NCBI GenBank assembly: GCA_015486615.1
Contig: WFRI01000017.1
Coordinates: forward strand, 1 to 41,622
Direction of reading: 5' to 3'
From: Candidatus Omnitrophota bacterium
GTDB lineage: Bacteria; Omnitrophota; Gorgyraeia; Duberdicusellales; Duberdicusellaceae
DNA length: 41,622 nucleotides
Part shown: in pieces, positions 28,012-36,846 of the stretch
Layout of the letters: every line of letters begins with the position of its first letter
Position numbering within the stretch: the stretch's first letter is position 1
Translations under genes and position numbers: made by a program
Notes under the pieces: generated by a model
Database searches by the model: none
Told to the model about the DNA's origin: nothing
Seen by the model: the letters and a program-made list of their open reading frames with translations, nothing else

Positions 28012-29601
28012 TTACCCTAAGGCTATAGGCTTAATTAAAATAAAATCCTCGTCCGAAGATATTTTCTTAATAACTTTCTCCGGCAAAGACGAATCAATCG
28101 TAAGAATAGTAAACGCCTCTCTGCCTTTCTTGTGCCGGCCTAAACTAACATCTCCTATATTTATTTTATTCCTGCCCAAAATCCCGCCTAATTTTCCAAT
28201 CACTCCAGGCCTGTCTTTATTAATAATAAAAAGCATATTCCCTTCGGGATTGATTTCTAAATAAGTATTGTTAATCCGCACTATTCGTGGATGCTGGTTG
28301 GCAAATAAAGTGCCTTCTAAAACAAAACTTTGCTTACTGGTCTTAACCTCTAAAATAAGGGAACTGACATAATCGCTTTCTTCAGAAGATTTTACGCTCT
28401 CTACAGCAACTCCGCGGTCTTTTATTAAGGAAACTGCGTTAATAAAATTAACTTCTCCTTCCAAAACCGGCTTAAGCAGGCCTTTTACCACGGCTGAAGT
28501 AATAGGGCTTATATTATACCTGTTAATCTCTCCTTTATAAGTTACCAGGACACTGCTAATGCCGCCTCCTGCAACCTGGGCAACAAAAAGCCCCATCTTT
28601 TCAGCCAAATTAATATAAGGCGCAACAACCTTGTAAGTCTCCGGGTCCAAAGACGGAAAATTTATGGTATTTCTCAATCCTTTATCTAATAAAGCGTCCT
28701 TTACACAATGGGCTATTTCTATCGCAACATTAACCTGAGCCTCCTTAGTGGATGCGCCTAAATGAGGAGTAACCACAACATTAGGCAAGGAAAACAAAAG
28801 GCTGTTTTTATCCGGCGGCTCTTTCTCAAAAACATCCAAACCTGCTCCGGCTATTTTATTCTTAGCAAGCGCCTCTGCCAAATCTTTTTCGTTAACTATG
28901 CCGCCCCGGGCACAGTTAATTATCCGGCAGTTAGGTTTCATCAACCTAAGCGTCGAAGCATTTATCATATCTTTGGTTTCTTCATTCAAAGGAGTATGGA
29001 TAGTAATAAAGTCAGCGTTTTTTAATAAGTATTTTAAATCCCCCAAAAAAACGCCTAAGCCTTTGGCTGCTTCTTCGTTTATAAATGGGTCATAACAAAT
29101 AACTTTCATCCCAAAAGCCAAAGCCCTCTTCACCACTTCCCTGCCAATCCGTCCTAAACCTACTATACCCAAAGTCTTATTATAAAGTTCTGTCCCCTTA
29201 AACTTATTTCTTTCCCATTTACCTTCCCGTAAAGACTTGTCTGCCTGAGGAATATTGCGCGCTAAAGAAAGCATAAGTGCAAAAGCCTGCTCGCAGGCAG
29301 AAATAGTATTGCCGGAAGGTGCATTCATAACAACTACACCTCTAACAGTAGCCGCGGGAATATCCACATTATCCACGCCTACTCCTGCCCGGCCTATAAC
29401 TTTAAGTTTTTTCGCCTTGTTTATAATCTCTGCCGTTACTTTCGTCCTGCTGCGAATAATTAAAGCATCATACCTGCCGATTATAGAAAGAAGTTCACCG
29501 GCAGAAACTTCCGGTTTAAAATCAACCTGAAACCTTCTGTCGTTTCTAAAAATCTCTACGCCTTCCTGTGCTAATTTATCGCTTATAAGAATTTTATACA
29601 T
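28012..29601 (-). CDS. serA: D-3-phosphoglycerate dehydrogenase (long form with ACT domain)
   Basis: GRAGVGVDNVD, GLGRIG, NCARGG, TPHLGASTKEAQ, DRPGVIG. Confidence 0.97.
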   Translation of the reverse strand: MYKILISDKLAQEGVEIFRNDRRFQVDFKPEVSAGELLSIIGRYDALIIRSRTKVTAEIINKAKKLKVIGRAGVGVDNVDIPAATVRGVVVMNAPSGNTISACEQAFALMLSLARNIPQADKSLREGKWERNKFKGTELYNKTLGIVGLGRIGREVVKRALAFGMKVICYDPFINEEAAKGLGVFLGDLKYLLKNADFITIHTPLNEETKDMINASTLRLMKPNCRIINCARGGIVNEKDLAEALAKNKIAGAGLDVFEKEPPDKNSLLFSLPNVVVTPHLGASTKEAQVNVAIEIAHCVKDALLDKGLRNTINFPSLDPETYKVVAPYINLAEKMGLFVAQVAGGGISSVLVTYKGEINRYNISPITSAVVKGLLKPVLEGEVNFINAVSLIKDRGVAVESVKSSEESDYVSSLILEVKTSKQSFVLEGTLFANQHPRIVRINNTYLEINPEGNMLFIINKDRPGVIGKLGGILGRNKINIGDVSLGRHKKGREAFTILTIDSSLPEKVIKKISSDEDFILIKPIALG

Positions 29602-30718
29602 AATATTCCTCCTGAAACTTCTTCAAAGCAGCACCCTGTTTAATTTTATAGCCTGTTTTCTTCAACGCTTCTTCTAACAAAAACAGCGCAGCGGCCACAT
29701 CCTGGGCATTTATATACCCCATATGGGCAATCCTTATTATTTTATCCGCCACTTTTCCCTGGCCCGCGGCAATGCTAAGCCCATATTCTTTACGTAGTTT
29801 AGCAACAACTGCTTTAGCCCCTTCCAAAGAAGCCGCAGTAACTGCAGAAGAAGGCGAAGAAGAGAAAACAGCAAGTCCCATCTCTTCCAAAGACAGCCTC
29901 AATGCCCGGGCTATGCGGGAAAATTCTTTCCAGCGGACTTCAATGCTTTCCTGTTTTATTAAGTCCAGAGATTCTTTCAAAGCCGTAATTAAACTCACAG
30001 CCGGAGTATAAGGCGTATCATTTTTCTCATAAGACTTCAAAGATTTCTGAACATCAAAGTAATATTTAGGAAGAGACGCTTTTGCCGCCAAAGATAAGGC
30101 TTTCTTGCTTACAGACATAAACGCCAGCCCCGGGGGAAGCATAAATCCTTTTTGTGAACCGGAGACAACTACATCTACGCCCCATTCATCAGTCCTCAGC
30201 ACATCTGACCCTAAACCGCTTATAGCATCTACCACCAATATGGCCGGATAATTCGAAACAATACCGGCAATCCCTTCTATATCATAAACCGTAGCAGTAG
30301 AAGTTTCGCAAAGAGTAGTATAAACCGCTTTTATATCTTTGTTTTTGTCTAATATTTCTTTAATATCTTCCAAATCGGGAGATTTGCCCCATTCTACTTC
30401 TAAAACCGAAACATCCAAATTGTAAGCCCTGCAAATCTCGGCCCACCTCTCGCCGAATTTTCCCCCGGAAACAGCCAAAACTTTATCCTGCAGGCAGAGA
30501 AAATTGCTTACTGCAGCCTCCATTGCTCCAGTCCCGGAACTGGCAAAAGTAAGCACCGGGTTTTCAGTCTGAAATATATACTTGAGCCCGGAATTTACTT
30601 CCTTAAGAATATTCCTAAATTCGTCTGTCCGGTGATGGATGATATCTCTGCCTAAAGCCATTTTTACCTGCGGGGCCAAAGGTGAAGGTCCTGGTGTCAT
30701 TAAATAAGGATGTTTCAT
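29594..30718 (-). CDS. Class-V PLP aminotransferase (alanine-glyoxylate/serine-pyruvate family)
   Basis: LMTPGP, SSGTGAMEAA, GKFGERW, VVDAIS, GSQKGFMLPPGL, IRIAHMG. Confidence 0.93.
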   Translation of the reverse strand: MKHPYLMTPGPSPLAPQVKMALGRDIIHHRTDEFRNILKEVNSGLKYIFQTENPVLTFASSGTGAMEAAVSNFLCLQDKVLAVSGGKFGERWAEICRAYNLDVSVLEVEWGKSPDLEDIKEILDKNKDIKAVYTTLCETSTATVYDIEGIAGIVSNYPAILVVDAISGLGSDVLRTDEWGVDVVVSGSQKGFMLPPGLAFMSVSKKALSLAAKASLPKYYFDVQKSLKSYEKNDTPYTPAVSLITALKESLDLIKQESIEVRWKEFSRIARALRLSLEEMGLAVFSSSPSSAVTAASLEGAKAVVAKLRKEYGLSIAAGQGKVADKIIRIAHMGYINAQDVAAALFLLEEALKKTGYKIKQGAALKKFQEEYYV

Positions 30719-30750
30719 TGCAAACTTCCTCCTCTAATATGTTATTTTGT

Positions 30751-31335
30751 TTATTTTATTACCTCGTCAACAAGCCCGTATTTTAAAGCTTCCTCAGCAC
30801 TCATAAAAAAATCCCGGTCAGTATCTCTGCCGATTTCCGCTATGCTCCGGCCGGTATGAAAAGCCAGAAGTTCATTCATTTTCTTGCGCATTTTAAGTAT
30901 TTCTTTCGTTTGGATAGAAATATCTTCTGCTGTACCCTGGACACCTCCCCACGGCTGATGAATCATTACCCGGGAATTAGGCAAAGCATATCTTTTCCCT
31001 TTTTTGCCGGCAGCCAAAAGCAAAGCGCCTAAACTGGCTGCCTGGCCTATACAGTAAGTAGCCACATCCGGCTTTACAAACTGCATTGTATCGTATATAG
31101 CCATGCCCGCTGTTATAACTCCGCCGGGAGTATTAATATAAACATTAATATCCTTTTGCGGACTTTCCATCTGCAAAAACAAAAACTGGGCAATTACTAA
31201 ATTAGCCACATTGTCGTCAACTGAGGTACCAATAAATATTATTCTGTCCTTAAGCAGGCGGGAATAAATATCATAGGCTCTTTCTGCCCGGCCAGTCTGC
31301 TCAATAACCATAGGAACATACATTTGGTTTTCCAT
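30751..31335 (-). CDS. clpP: ATP-dependent Clp protease proteolytic subunit
   Basis: [44 protein letters not shown]; ATG 31335 after GAGGAGG. Confidence 0.98.
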   Translation of the reverse strand: MENQMYVPMVIEQTGRAERAYDIYSRLLKDRIIFIGTSVDDNVANLVIAQFLFLQMESPQKDINVYINTPGGVITAGMAIYDTMQFVKPDVATYCIGQAASLGALLLAAGKKGKRYALPNSRVMIHQPWGGVQGTAEDISIQTKEILKMRKKMNELLAFHTGRSIAEIGRDTDRDFFMSAEEALKYGLVDEVIK

Positions 31336-31377
31336 AATCAACCTCCTCTGCGCCACTTAATTAATAATAACCAAGAA

Positions 31378-31438
31378 CCAATCCCGGCATTGCCTTGCGT
31401 TGAGCCGGACCCTGTGCCGCTCTTGCTCGAATGTCCAA
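31378..31438 (+). repeat. Intergenic repeat A, copy 3, followed by 7-nt (to 31453) and 6-nt (31465-31499) arrays
   Basis: ccaatcccggcattgccttgcgttgagccggaccctgtgccgctcttgctcgaatgtccaa. Confidence 0.92.
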
Positions 31439-31499
31439 GGTCCAGCGTCGAACCAACTTCAACCAATCTAAACCTAAATCTTAACCTTAACCTAACAAT

Positions 31500-32390
31500 C
31501 TATCTTGCATTAGCAAAGATAAAGCCTAAAACCTTTTCAAACAAATCTTCTGCTTCATCCTTCCAAAAACCTTCCTGTCGGGCTATCTGCTCCATAATAT
31601 AATACAACTTTACCTGTTCGACAGCAGCCGGCTCCATCTTCTTTTCTATTTCCTCTTTATATTTGTCAATATCCTCTTTTTTTACTCCTTTCTCCTGCAG
31701 GCTCATAATTTGTTTCTGGACCAAATTCTTTTTCTGCTGTTCTACTACTGAAGCAGGAGCCTCAATTTTCACATTTGCCAAAAGGTGTTTCATTACCTTA
31801 TTCTCTATATCCCTGCGTCTTTGCAAAAATTTGTTAATCCAAATCTCCCTCTCAATACCAGACTTGTATTCATTTATATCCCTGTATCCCAGCCATTTAG
31901 CCAAAAAATCCCCTGACACTTCCTCCTTCTTAGTCAATTTCTTTAAGTTGTCTTCAAAAGATTTCTGAACTTTATCAATTTCCCCGGAATCAATTTTAAT
32001 ATCTTTCCGTTCTAATTTTATGCCCTTATAAACTCTCTCGGGAATATTCAACCGGGGCTTTACATCAACAACTGCCGTAAACTTAAGGATATTATTGTCA
32101 AAAGAAACGTTATCAATATCCGGCAGATTTACAGGAATAATATTATTAGCATCAGCCGCCTGCCGGAAAAATTCCGGAATTGCCTTTCTTATAATCTCTT
32201 CTTTTATATGCCGGCTGTAATGTTTCTCTAATAAATCCGCAGGGACTTTACCCGGTCTAAAACCCGGCACCTTAGCTGTTTGGTTCAACTGAGAGAGGAC
32301 ATCATCCCTAATTTCCCTCAGAGAATCCGAAGAAATTTCTATATCTAATTGTTTTCTGGTTGCACTGAGACTTTTTAAAGTATTCTTCAT
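31500..32390 (-). CDS. tig: Trigger factor, short form
   Basis: VPGFRPGKVP ribosome-binding motif, C-terminal QVKLYYIMEQIARQE; upstream of clpP. Confidence 0.9.
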   Translation of the reverse strand: MKNTLKSLSATRKQLDIEISSDSLREIRDDVLSQLNQTAKVPGFRPGKVPADLLEKHYSRHIKEEIIRKAIPEFFRQAADANNIIPVNLPDIDNVSFDNNILKFTAVVDVKPRLNIPERVYKGIKLERKDIKIDSGEIDKVQKSFEDNLKKLTKKEEVSGDFLAKWLGYRDINEYKSGIEREIWINKFLQRRRDIENKVMKHLLANVKIEAPASVVEQQKKNLVQKQIMSLQEKGVKKEDIDKYKEEIEKKMEPAAVEQVKLYYIMEQIARQEGFWKDEAEDLFEKVLGFIFANAR

Positions 32391-32432
32391 TTTCCCTCCT
32401 GGTATAATTTTTAGATATAATTTTATTATATG

Positions 32433-32523
32433 TGATTACACTGATTTGAAAACTGATTACACCGATTAATTTACAATCTGTGCAATCTACATCTAATCTG
32501 TGAAATCATTTTTTGTGTAATCA
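32433..32523. repeat. Inverted array of GATTACAC / GTG(C/A/T)AATC units
   Basis: tgattacactgatt, tgattacaccgatt versus aatctgtgcaatc, aatctgtgaaatca, gtgtaatca. Confidence 0.8.
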
Positions 32524-32528
32524 TGCTT

Positions 32529-33251
32529 TTACATCCGGAAGTTATGGCCTAAATAAATCTGCCTTGCCTTGGGAGACTGAATTAATTCCTGAGAATTTCC
32601 GGATATTAAAACCCGGCCCTCGGCAATCAAATAGGCACGGTCAGTAATAGATAACGTTTCCCGGACATTATGGTCAGTAATCAATATTCCTATACCTTTC
32701 TGTTTCAATCCTTTAATGATTTCCTGAGCCTCACTCACCACAATCGGGTCTATGCCGGAAAAAGGCTCATCTAAAAGAATAAATGAAGGATTGCGGACTA
32801 AAGCCCGGGTAATCTCCAGCCTCCTTTTTTCTCCTCCGGAAAGTGTATAAGCCTTACTCTTTCTCAACTTGTCAATTTTTAATTCCTGCAGCAAGCTGTC
32901 AAGCCGCTGCCGGCGTTCCCTTGGCGGCAAAGGCAGAGTTTCCAATACAGCCATTATATTTTCCTCAACTGTAAGCCGGGTAAAAACTGACGGCTCCTGT
33001 GACAAATATCCAATCCCAAACCTGCTGCGAATATGGATAGGAAAATGAGTAATGTTCTGGTTATCAAAATATACCCGGCCCTCATCCGGAGGGATAATCC
33101 CTACTATCATATAAAAAGAAGTGGTCTTGCCGGCACCGTTCGGACCCAATAAGCCTACAATCTCGCCCCGGCGGACAAACAAAGAAAGCCTGTCCACAAC
33201 TCTTTTGGAATTATAAACCTTTACTAAACTCTTAACTTCTAAAAGTCTCAC
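32529..33251 (-). CDS. lptB: LPS export ABC transporter ATP-binding protein
   Basis: GPNGAGKTTSFYMIVG, GIGYLSQE, LSGGEKRRLEI, LDEPFSGIDP, ITDHNVRETL. Confidence 0.97.
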   Translation of the reverse strand: MRLLEVKSLVKVYNSKRVVDRLSLFVRRGEIVGLLGPNGAGKTTSFYMIVGIIPPDEGRVYFDNQNITHFPIHIRSRFGIGYLSQEPSVFTRLTVEENIMAVLETLPLPPRERRQRLDSLLQELKIDKLRKSKAYTLSGGEKRRLEITRALVRNPSFILLDEPFSGIDPIVVSEAQEIIKGLKQKGIGILITDHNVRETLSITDRAYLIAEGRVLISGNSQELIQSPKARQIYLGHNFRM

Positions 33252-33269
33252 TAAACACCTCTATGTCAA

Positions 33270-33986
33270 CTAATTATTCCCCGGAAAAAGTATAAGACGG
33301 GGGGTTCCTTCCAAAATAATCTTCTTAGTTGTTTGAATATAAGTAGCCTTCTGAGAATAAGATGTATTTTTCCCTTTAATAATTCTGACATTGCCCTCGG
33401 CCACCATCTTTTCTATTGTTTTGCCTTGAGCATCAAAAAACAGTCTGGCTTTGTCTGAATAAAGCACCATATCATTACTGCTTATTTTAACATTGTTGTG
33501 AAAAACCGCCTGAGATTTATTGTAATCTATTTCCAACGGCCCGTCGCAGGTAACAAAAATAAAACCTGAGTCTTTCTGAGGGATTTTAACTGTAACATTT
33601 TTTTTCAATACTGTCTGTCTGGAAGAAGTGTCCACTTCCATACCTTTAGCCTTGGCATTAAAAATACCCTGCTTTGTCAAAACAACCTTATCATTTGTTT
33701 TCACCTTGCCTGAAGCCTTATTCCAATTCAATACATCGGTTTTCAAAGACAAGCCTTCCGGCGTAACTATGTTAACTTTATTTTGCAACTTAACTTTGTC
33801 CTTGCTTTCAAAGAACATTTTATCAGCCTTAAATTTTACATCGCCGGATTTCTCCTTGATTACGCCCTCTATATGATCGCCCTCTGTATTTTTATAATCC
33901 TGTACAGAAAACCCCTGCATAGGCAAAAGAAGTACTGCTGCCGTACTCAATGCCGCCTTGACAAAAAAGAACTTCACACTATTCAT
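33270..33986 (-). CDS. LPS transport periplasmic protein, LptC-like plus LptA/OstA-like
   Basis: LKTDVLNW..VKTNDKV..KGME..LKKNV (LptC-like), then AVFHNNV..LYSD..AEGNVRI..KATY..LEGTP (LptA-like); upstream of lptB. Confidence 0.8.
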   Translation of the reverse strand: MNSVKFFFVKAALSTAAVLLLPMQGFSVQDYKNTEGDHIEGVIKEKSGDVKFKADKMFFESKDKVKLQNKVNIVTPEGLSLKTDVLNWNKASGKVKTNDKVVLTKQGIFNAKAKGMEVDTSSRQTVLKKNVTVKIPQKDSGFIFVTCDGPLEIDYNKSQAVFHNNVKISSNDMVLYSDKARLFFDAQGKTIEKMVAEGNVRIIKGKNTSYSQKATYIQTTKKIILEGTPRLILFPGNN

Positions 33987-34007
33987 TTCTGTAAAATTGA
34001 ATAATAT

Positions 34008-34035
34008 ATGTTAAATCTCCTAAAACATTTGTCAA
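34008..34035 (-). promoter_or_regulatory. Sigma70-type promoter for the lpt-tig-clpP run
   Basis: Minus strand TTGACA, 16 bp, TAACAT, 21 nt before the ATG. Confidence 0.55.
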
Positions 34036-34134
34036 GCAGATTAGAGGCTAATTACACCCCCTGCTTTTACCTCATTTTTAGATTATTATATCTTAAACCA
34101 GCAGGTTGAAAAGTATTTATCTAAATATTTTATC

Positions 34135-34163
34135 TTGTTATCACCGCCTAAATCTGCTAAAAT
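34135..34163 (+). promoter_or_regulatory. Sigma70-type promoter for tRNA-Thr and downstream genes
   Basis: TTGTTA, 17 bp ending TGc, TAAAAT. Confidence 0.6.
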
Positions 34164-34206
34164 CCCTTTTGGCTGCCTATTAATGACGAAGAGCGGATAA
34201 TAACAA

Positions 34207-34279
34207 GCCGGCGTAGCTCAGTTGGCAGAGCAGGGCATTCGTAATGCCCGGGCCGGAGGTTCGACTCCTCTCGCCGGCT
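34207..34279 (+). tRNA. tRNA-Thr (anticodon CGT)
   Basis: Acceptor GCCGGCG/CGCCGGC, D arm GCTC/GAGC, anticodon arm GGGCA-TTCGTAA-TGCCC, T arm GGAGG-TTCGACT-CCTCT; CCA not encoded. Confidence 0.97.
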
Positions 34280-34291
34280 CAAAATATTTCT

Positions 34292-35545
34292 ATGGTCAGT
34301 CCTTATTTAAAACTATTCAGGAACAGAAATTTTACAGCCCTGTGGCTGGGCCAGATAATTTCCCAATTTGGCGACAGACTTACTCAAATGGCTATAATCG
34401 GGCTGGTTTACCAGAAAAGGGGCGCAGATACTTTAAGCCTGGCAGTAATGCTAAGCTTTACAATTATTCCCGTATTCCTTATTAACCCTTTTGCCGGAGC
34501 CTACATAGACCGCTGGGACAAAAGAAATACTATGGCCACTACGGATTTTATAAGAGGATTGTTAATGCTAATTATTGGTCTATACCTTATTAATTTGCAC
34601 AGCCTAATGCCTTTATACGCAGTTATATTCTTTGTCTTTTGCCTGGGAAGATTTTTTATACCGGCGAAAATGGCAATTATCCCCAGCATAATTAAGGACC
34701 CTAAACACATATTTACAGCCAATTCCCTGATTTCCACCACTGCCACTGTAGCGGCAATGTTAGGTTTTGGTATAGGCGGAATTATAGTAGAGAAATTAGG
34801 AGCTAAAGGAGGATTCCTCATTGACAGTTTCACATTTTTCATTTCCAGCCTGCTCCTGCTGTCTATTATCCGGCCTAAAACCAGTAAATTCTCCACTAAA
34901 GATATTATAGATTTAAGCAAAGATGTCTTATCGCAGGAAAAATCCCTGCTTAAAGAAATTAAAGAAGGCACAAAATATATTTTTTCCCACCAGGGCACAT
35001 TATTCAGTCTGAGAAGTTTAAGTGTTCTCTTTTCCTGTATAGGCGCCCTTTATGTTACTTTTATCGTCTTTATCCAAAATACTTTAGGCTCAGCGACTAA
35101 AGATTTAGGATTCTTGGTAGTATGGATGGGAGTCGGCATACTTGCCGGCTCTATGATTTATGGAAGGATAGCACACAAATTCTCCCTGTATAAAACAATA
35201 AACACTATGCTTACAACCAGCAGTTTATTCCTGTTAGGTTTTGTCCTGGCTTTAAAAGAATTCCCCCAGCCGGTATTAGCCAATACTATGGGGCTGGTTT
35301 TAGGCAGTTCCATAGCGCCGATAATTGTGGCGGCTAACTCTTTAATCCACAATAAAAGCCAGGACAAACTCTGGGGCAGAATTTTTAGCGCTCAGGAAGT
35401 AGTTATTCATTTCTTCTTTATTGCATTTATGTTTTTGTCCTCTTTAGCCGCAAAAATATTCTCATCCTTTACAATTATAGTCTTTATTGGTATAATTATT
35501 TTTTCATCCTCTTTAGGACTCTTAATTTTCGGCAGGGAAAGATGA
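34292..35545 (+). CDS. MFS transporter (H+ antiporter/macrolide-efflux-like)
   Basis: RNFTALWLGQIISQFGD, GAYIDRWDKR motif A, about 12 hydrophobic segments; ATG 34292 chosen because 34244 lies inside the tRNA. Confidence 0.9.
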   Translation: MVSPYLKLFRNRNFTALWLGQIISQFGDRLTQMAIIGLVYQKRGADTLSLAVMLSFTIIPVFLINPFAGAYIDRWDKRNTMATTDFIRGLLMLIIGLYLINLHSLMPLYAVIFFVFCLGRFFIPAKMAIIPSIIKDPKHIFTANSLISTTATVAAMLGFGIGGIIVEKLGAKGGFLIDSFTFFISSLLLLSIIRPKTSKFSTKDIIDLSKDVLSQEKSLLKEIKEGTKYIFSHQGTLFSLRSLSVLFSCIGALYVTFIVFIQNTLGSATKDLGFLVVWMGVGILAGSMIYGRIAHKFSLYKTINTMLTTSSLFLLGFVLALKEFPQPVLANTMGLVLGSSIAPIIVAANSLIHNKSQDKLWGRIFSAQEVVIHFFFIAFMFLSSLAAKIFSSFTIIVFIGIIIFSSSLGLLIFGRER

Positions 35546-36846
35546 TATTTTTAAAAGATAACAAAAAACCTCAGAAAAATTCTTATACCCAAAAAGCGCC
35601 TCTGCCAAAAACAGCGGTTGTGCCTCTGTCTCAGCATATCGGAAGACCCGCAAAGCCAATAGTTGAAAAGAATTCCTTAGTAGAAGAAAACCAGATTATA
35701 GCCAAGGCTGACGGACTCATCAGCAGTAATATCCACTCGCCGGTAAAAGGAAAAGTAAAAGACATAAAAGAATTCAACCATCCTATCCTAAAACACAGCC
35801 CGGCTGTTATAATTGAAACTGATACTAAACAAGAGGCTTATTCTTCTGAGACCGCAGCAAAAGACCCTTCCCAGGTATTAAGCCTGCCTTCGGAAAAACT
35901 TATAGAGGCAATAAGACAGGCCGGAATTGTAGGAATGGGCGGAGCGACTTTTCCTACAGCAGTGAAACTAACGCCGCCGAAAAAAATAGACACTCTTATC
36001 GTTAACGGAGCCGAATGCGAGCCTTTTCTTACCTGCGATTTCAGAATTATGATTGAACATACTGAGTCCATAATTAGAGGTATAGAGATAATAACAAAAA
36101 TACTCCAGCCGGAAAGAGTTATTATAGCCGTAGAAGAAAATAAAAAAGAGGCTATAAAAAGGTTTAACTCCAAACTGCACACAAAAAAATATTCCCTGCC
36201 AAAAGCAGAAGTAATTGTCTTAGCAAGCGCATATCCGCAGGGCGCAGAGAAACAACTTATTTACAATACACTAAAAAGAAAAACACCAGCCGGTAAACTG
36301 CCTTTTGAAGTAGGCGCAGTAGTCCAGAATGTAGGCACGTGTTTTGCTATATACCAGGCTCTATATTTAAACAAGCCTCTTACAGAAAGAGTAGTAACTT
36401 TTGCCGGAGATGCTCTGACAGAACCCAAAAACCTGCTGGTAAAAACCGGCACACTGGTCTCAGAATTATTCAGTCAGGGAATTTTAGAATTTAAAAAAGG
36501 CCCGGCTAAAGTCATTTTCGGCGGGCCAATGATGGGTATAGCCGTGCCTTCACTGGATTTCCCAATTCTTAAGGGAACATCCGGAGTTTTGTTCTTTACT
36601 CAAAGCGCTATTGACCCTGCCCCGGAGCAAACCTGTATAAGATGCGGCCGATGCGTAGATGTCTGCCCGATGAATTTACTGCCGCTTATGTTTGCCAAAC
36701 ACGGAAAGACCCAAGACAAAGAGGCTTTAAAAGACTACTTTATAGAAGACTGTATAGAATGCGGCAGCTGCGCTTATGCCTGCCCGGCAAAAATACCTTT
36801 AGTTAACTATATAAAGTTAGGCAAAGAATTAATCCGAAAAAAATGA
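35542..36846 (+). CDS. rnfC: Rnf complex subunit C
   Basis: QHIG, AGIVGMGGATFPT, NGAECEPFLTCD, GGPMMG, two CxxCxxCxxxCP motifs. Confidence 0.97.
   Translation: MIFLKDNKKPQKNSYTQKAPLPKTAVVPLSQHIGRPAKPIVEKNSLVEENQIIAKADGLISSNIHSPVKGKVKDIKEFNHPILKHSPAVIIETDTKQEAYSSETAAKDPSQVLSLPSEKLIEAIRQAGIVGMGGATFPTAVKLTPPKKIDTLIVNGAECEPFLTCDFRIMIEHTESIIRGIEIITKILQPERVIIAVEENKKEAIKRFNSKLHTKKYSLPKAEVIVLASAYPQGAEKQLIYNTLKRKTPAGKLPFEVGAVVQNVGTCFAIYQALYLNKPLTERVVTFAGDALTEPKNLLVKTGTLVSELFSQGILEFKKGPAKVIFGGPMMGIAVPSLDFPILKGTSGVLFFTQSAIDPAPEQTCIRCGRCVDVCPMNLLPLMFAKHGKTQDKEALKDYFIEDCIECGSCAYACPAKIPLVNYIKLGKELIRKK

Noticed and set aside
33987-34206. Strand-switch region as replication origin
   Set aside because: No DnaA-box cluster (TTATCCACA) and no dnaA/dnaN nearby; two divergent promoters explain it.
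34139-34206. Lambda-operator-like TATCACCGCC and lac-operator-like GAGCGGATAA
   Set aside because: Half-sites only, without dyad partners or vector context; most likely chance.
34207-34291. tRNA-Thr as integration site of a genomic island; ORF starts at 34222 and 34244
   Set aside because: No integrase, no duplicated tRNA 3' end seen downstream, and the following genes are core metabolism. Those ORF starts fall inside the tRNA.
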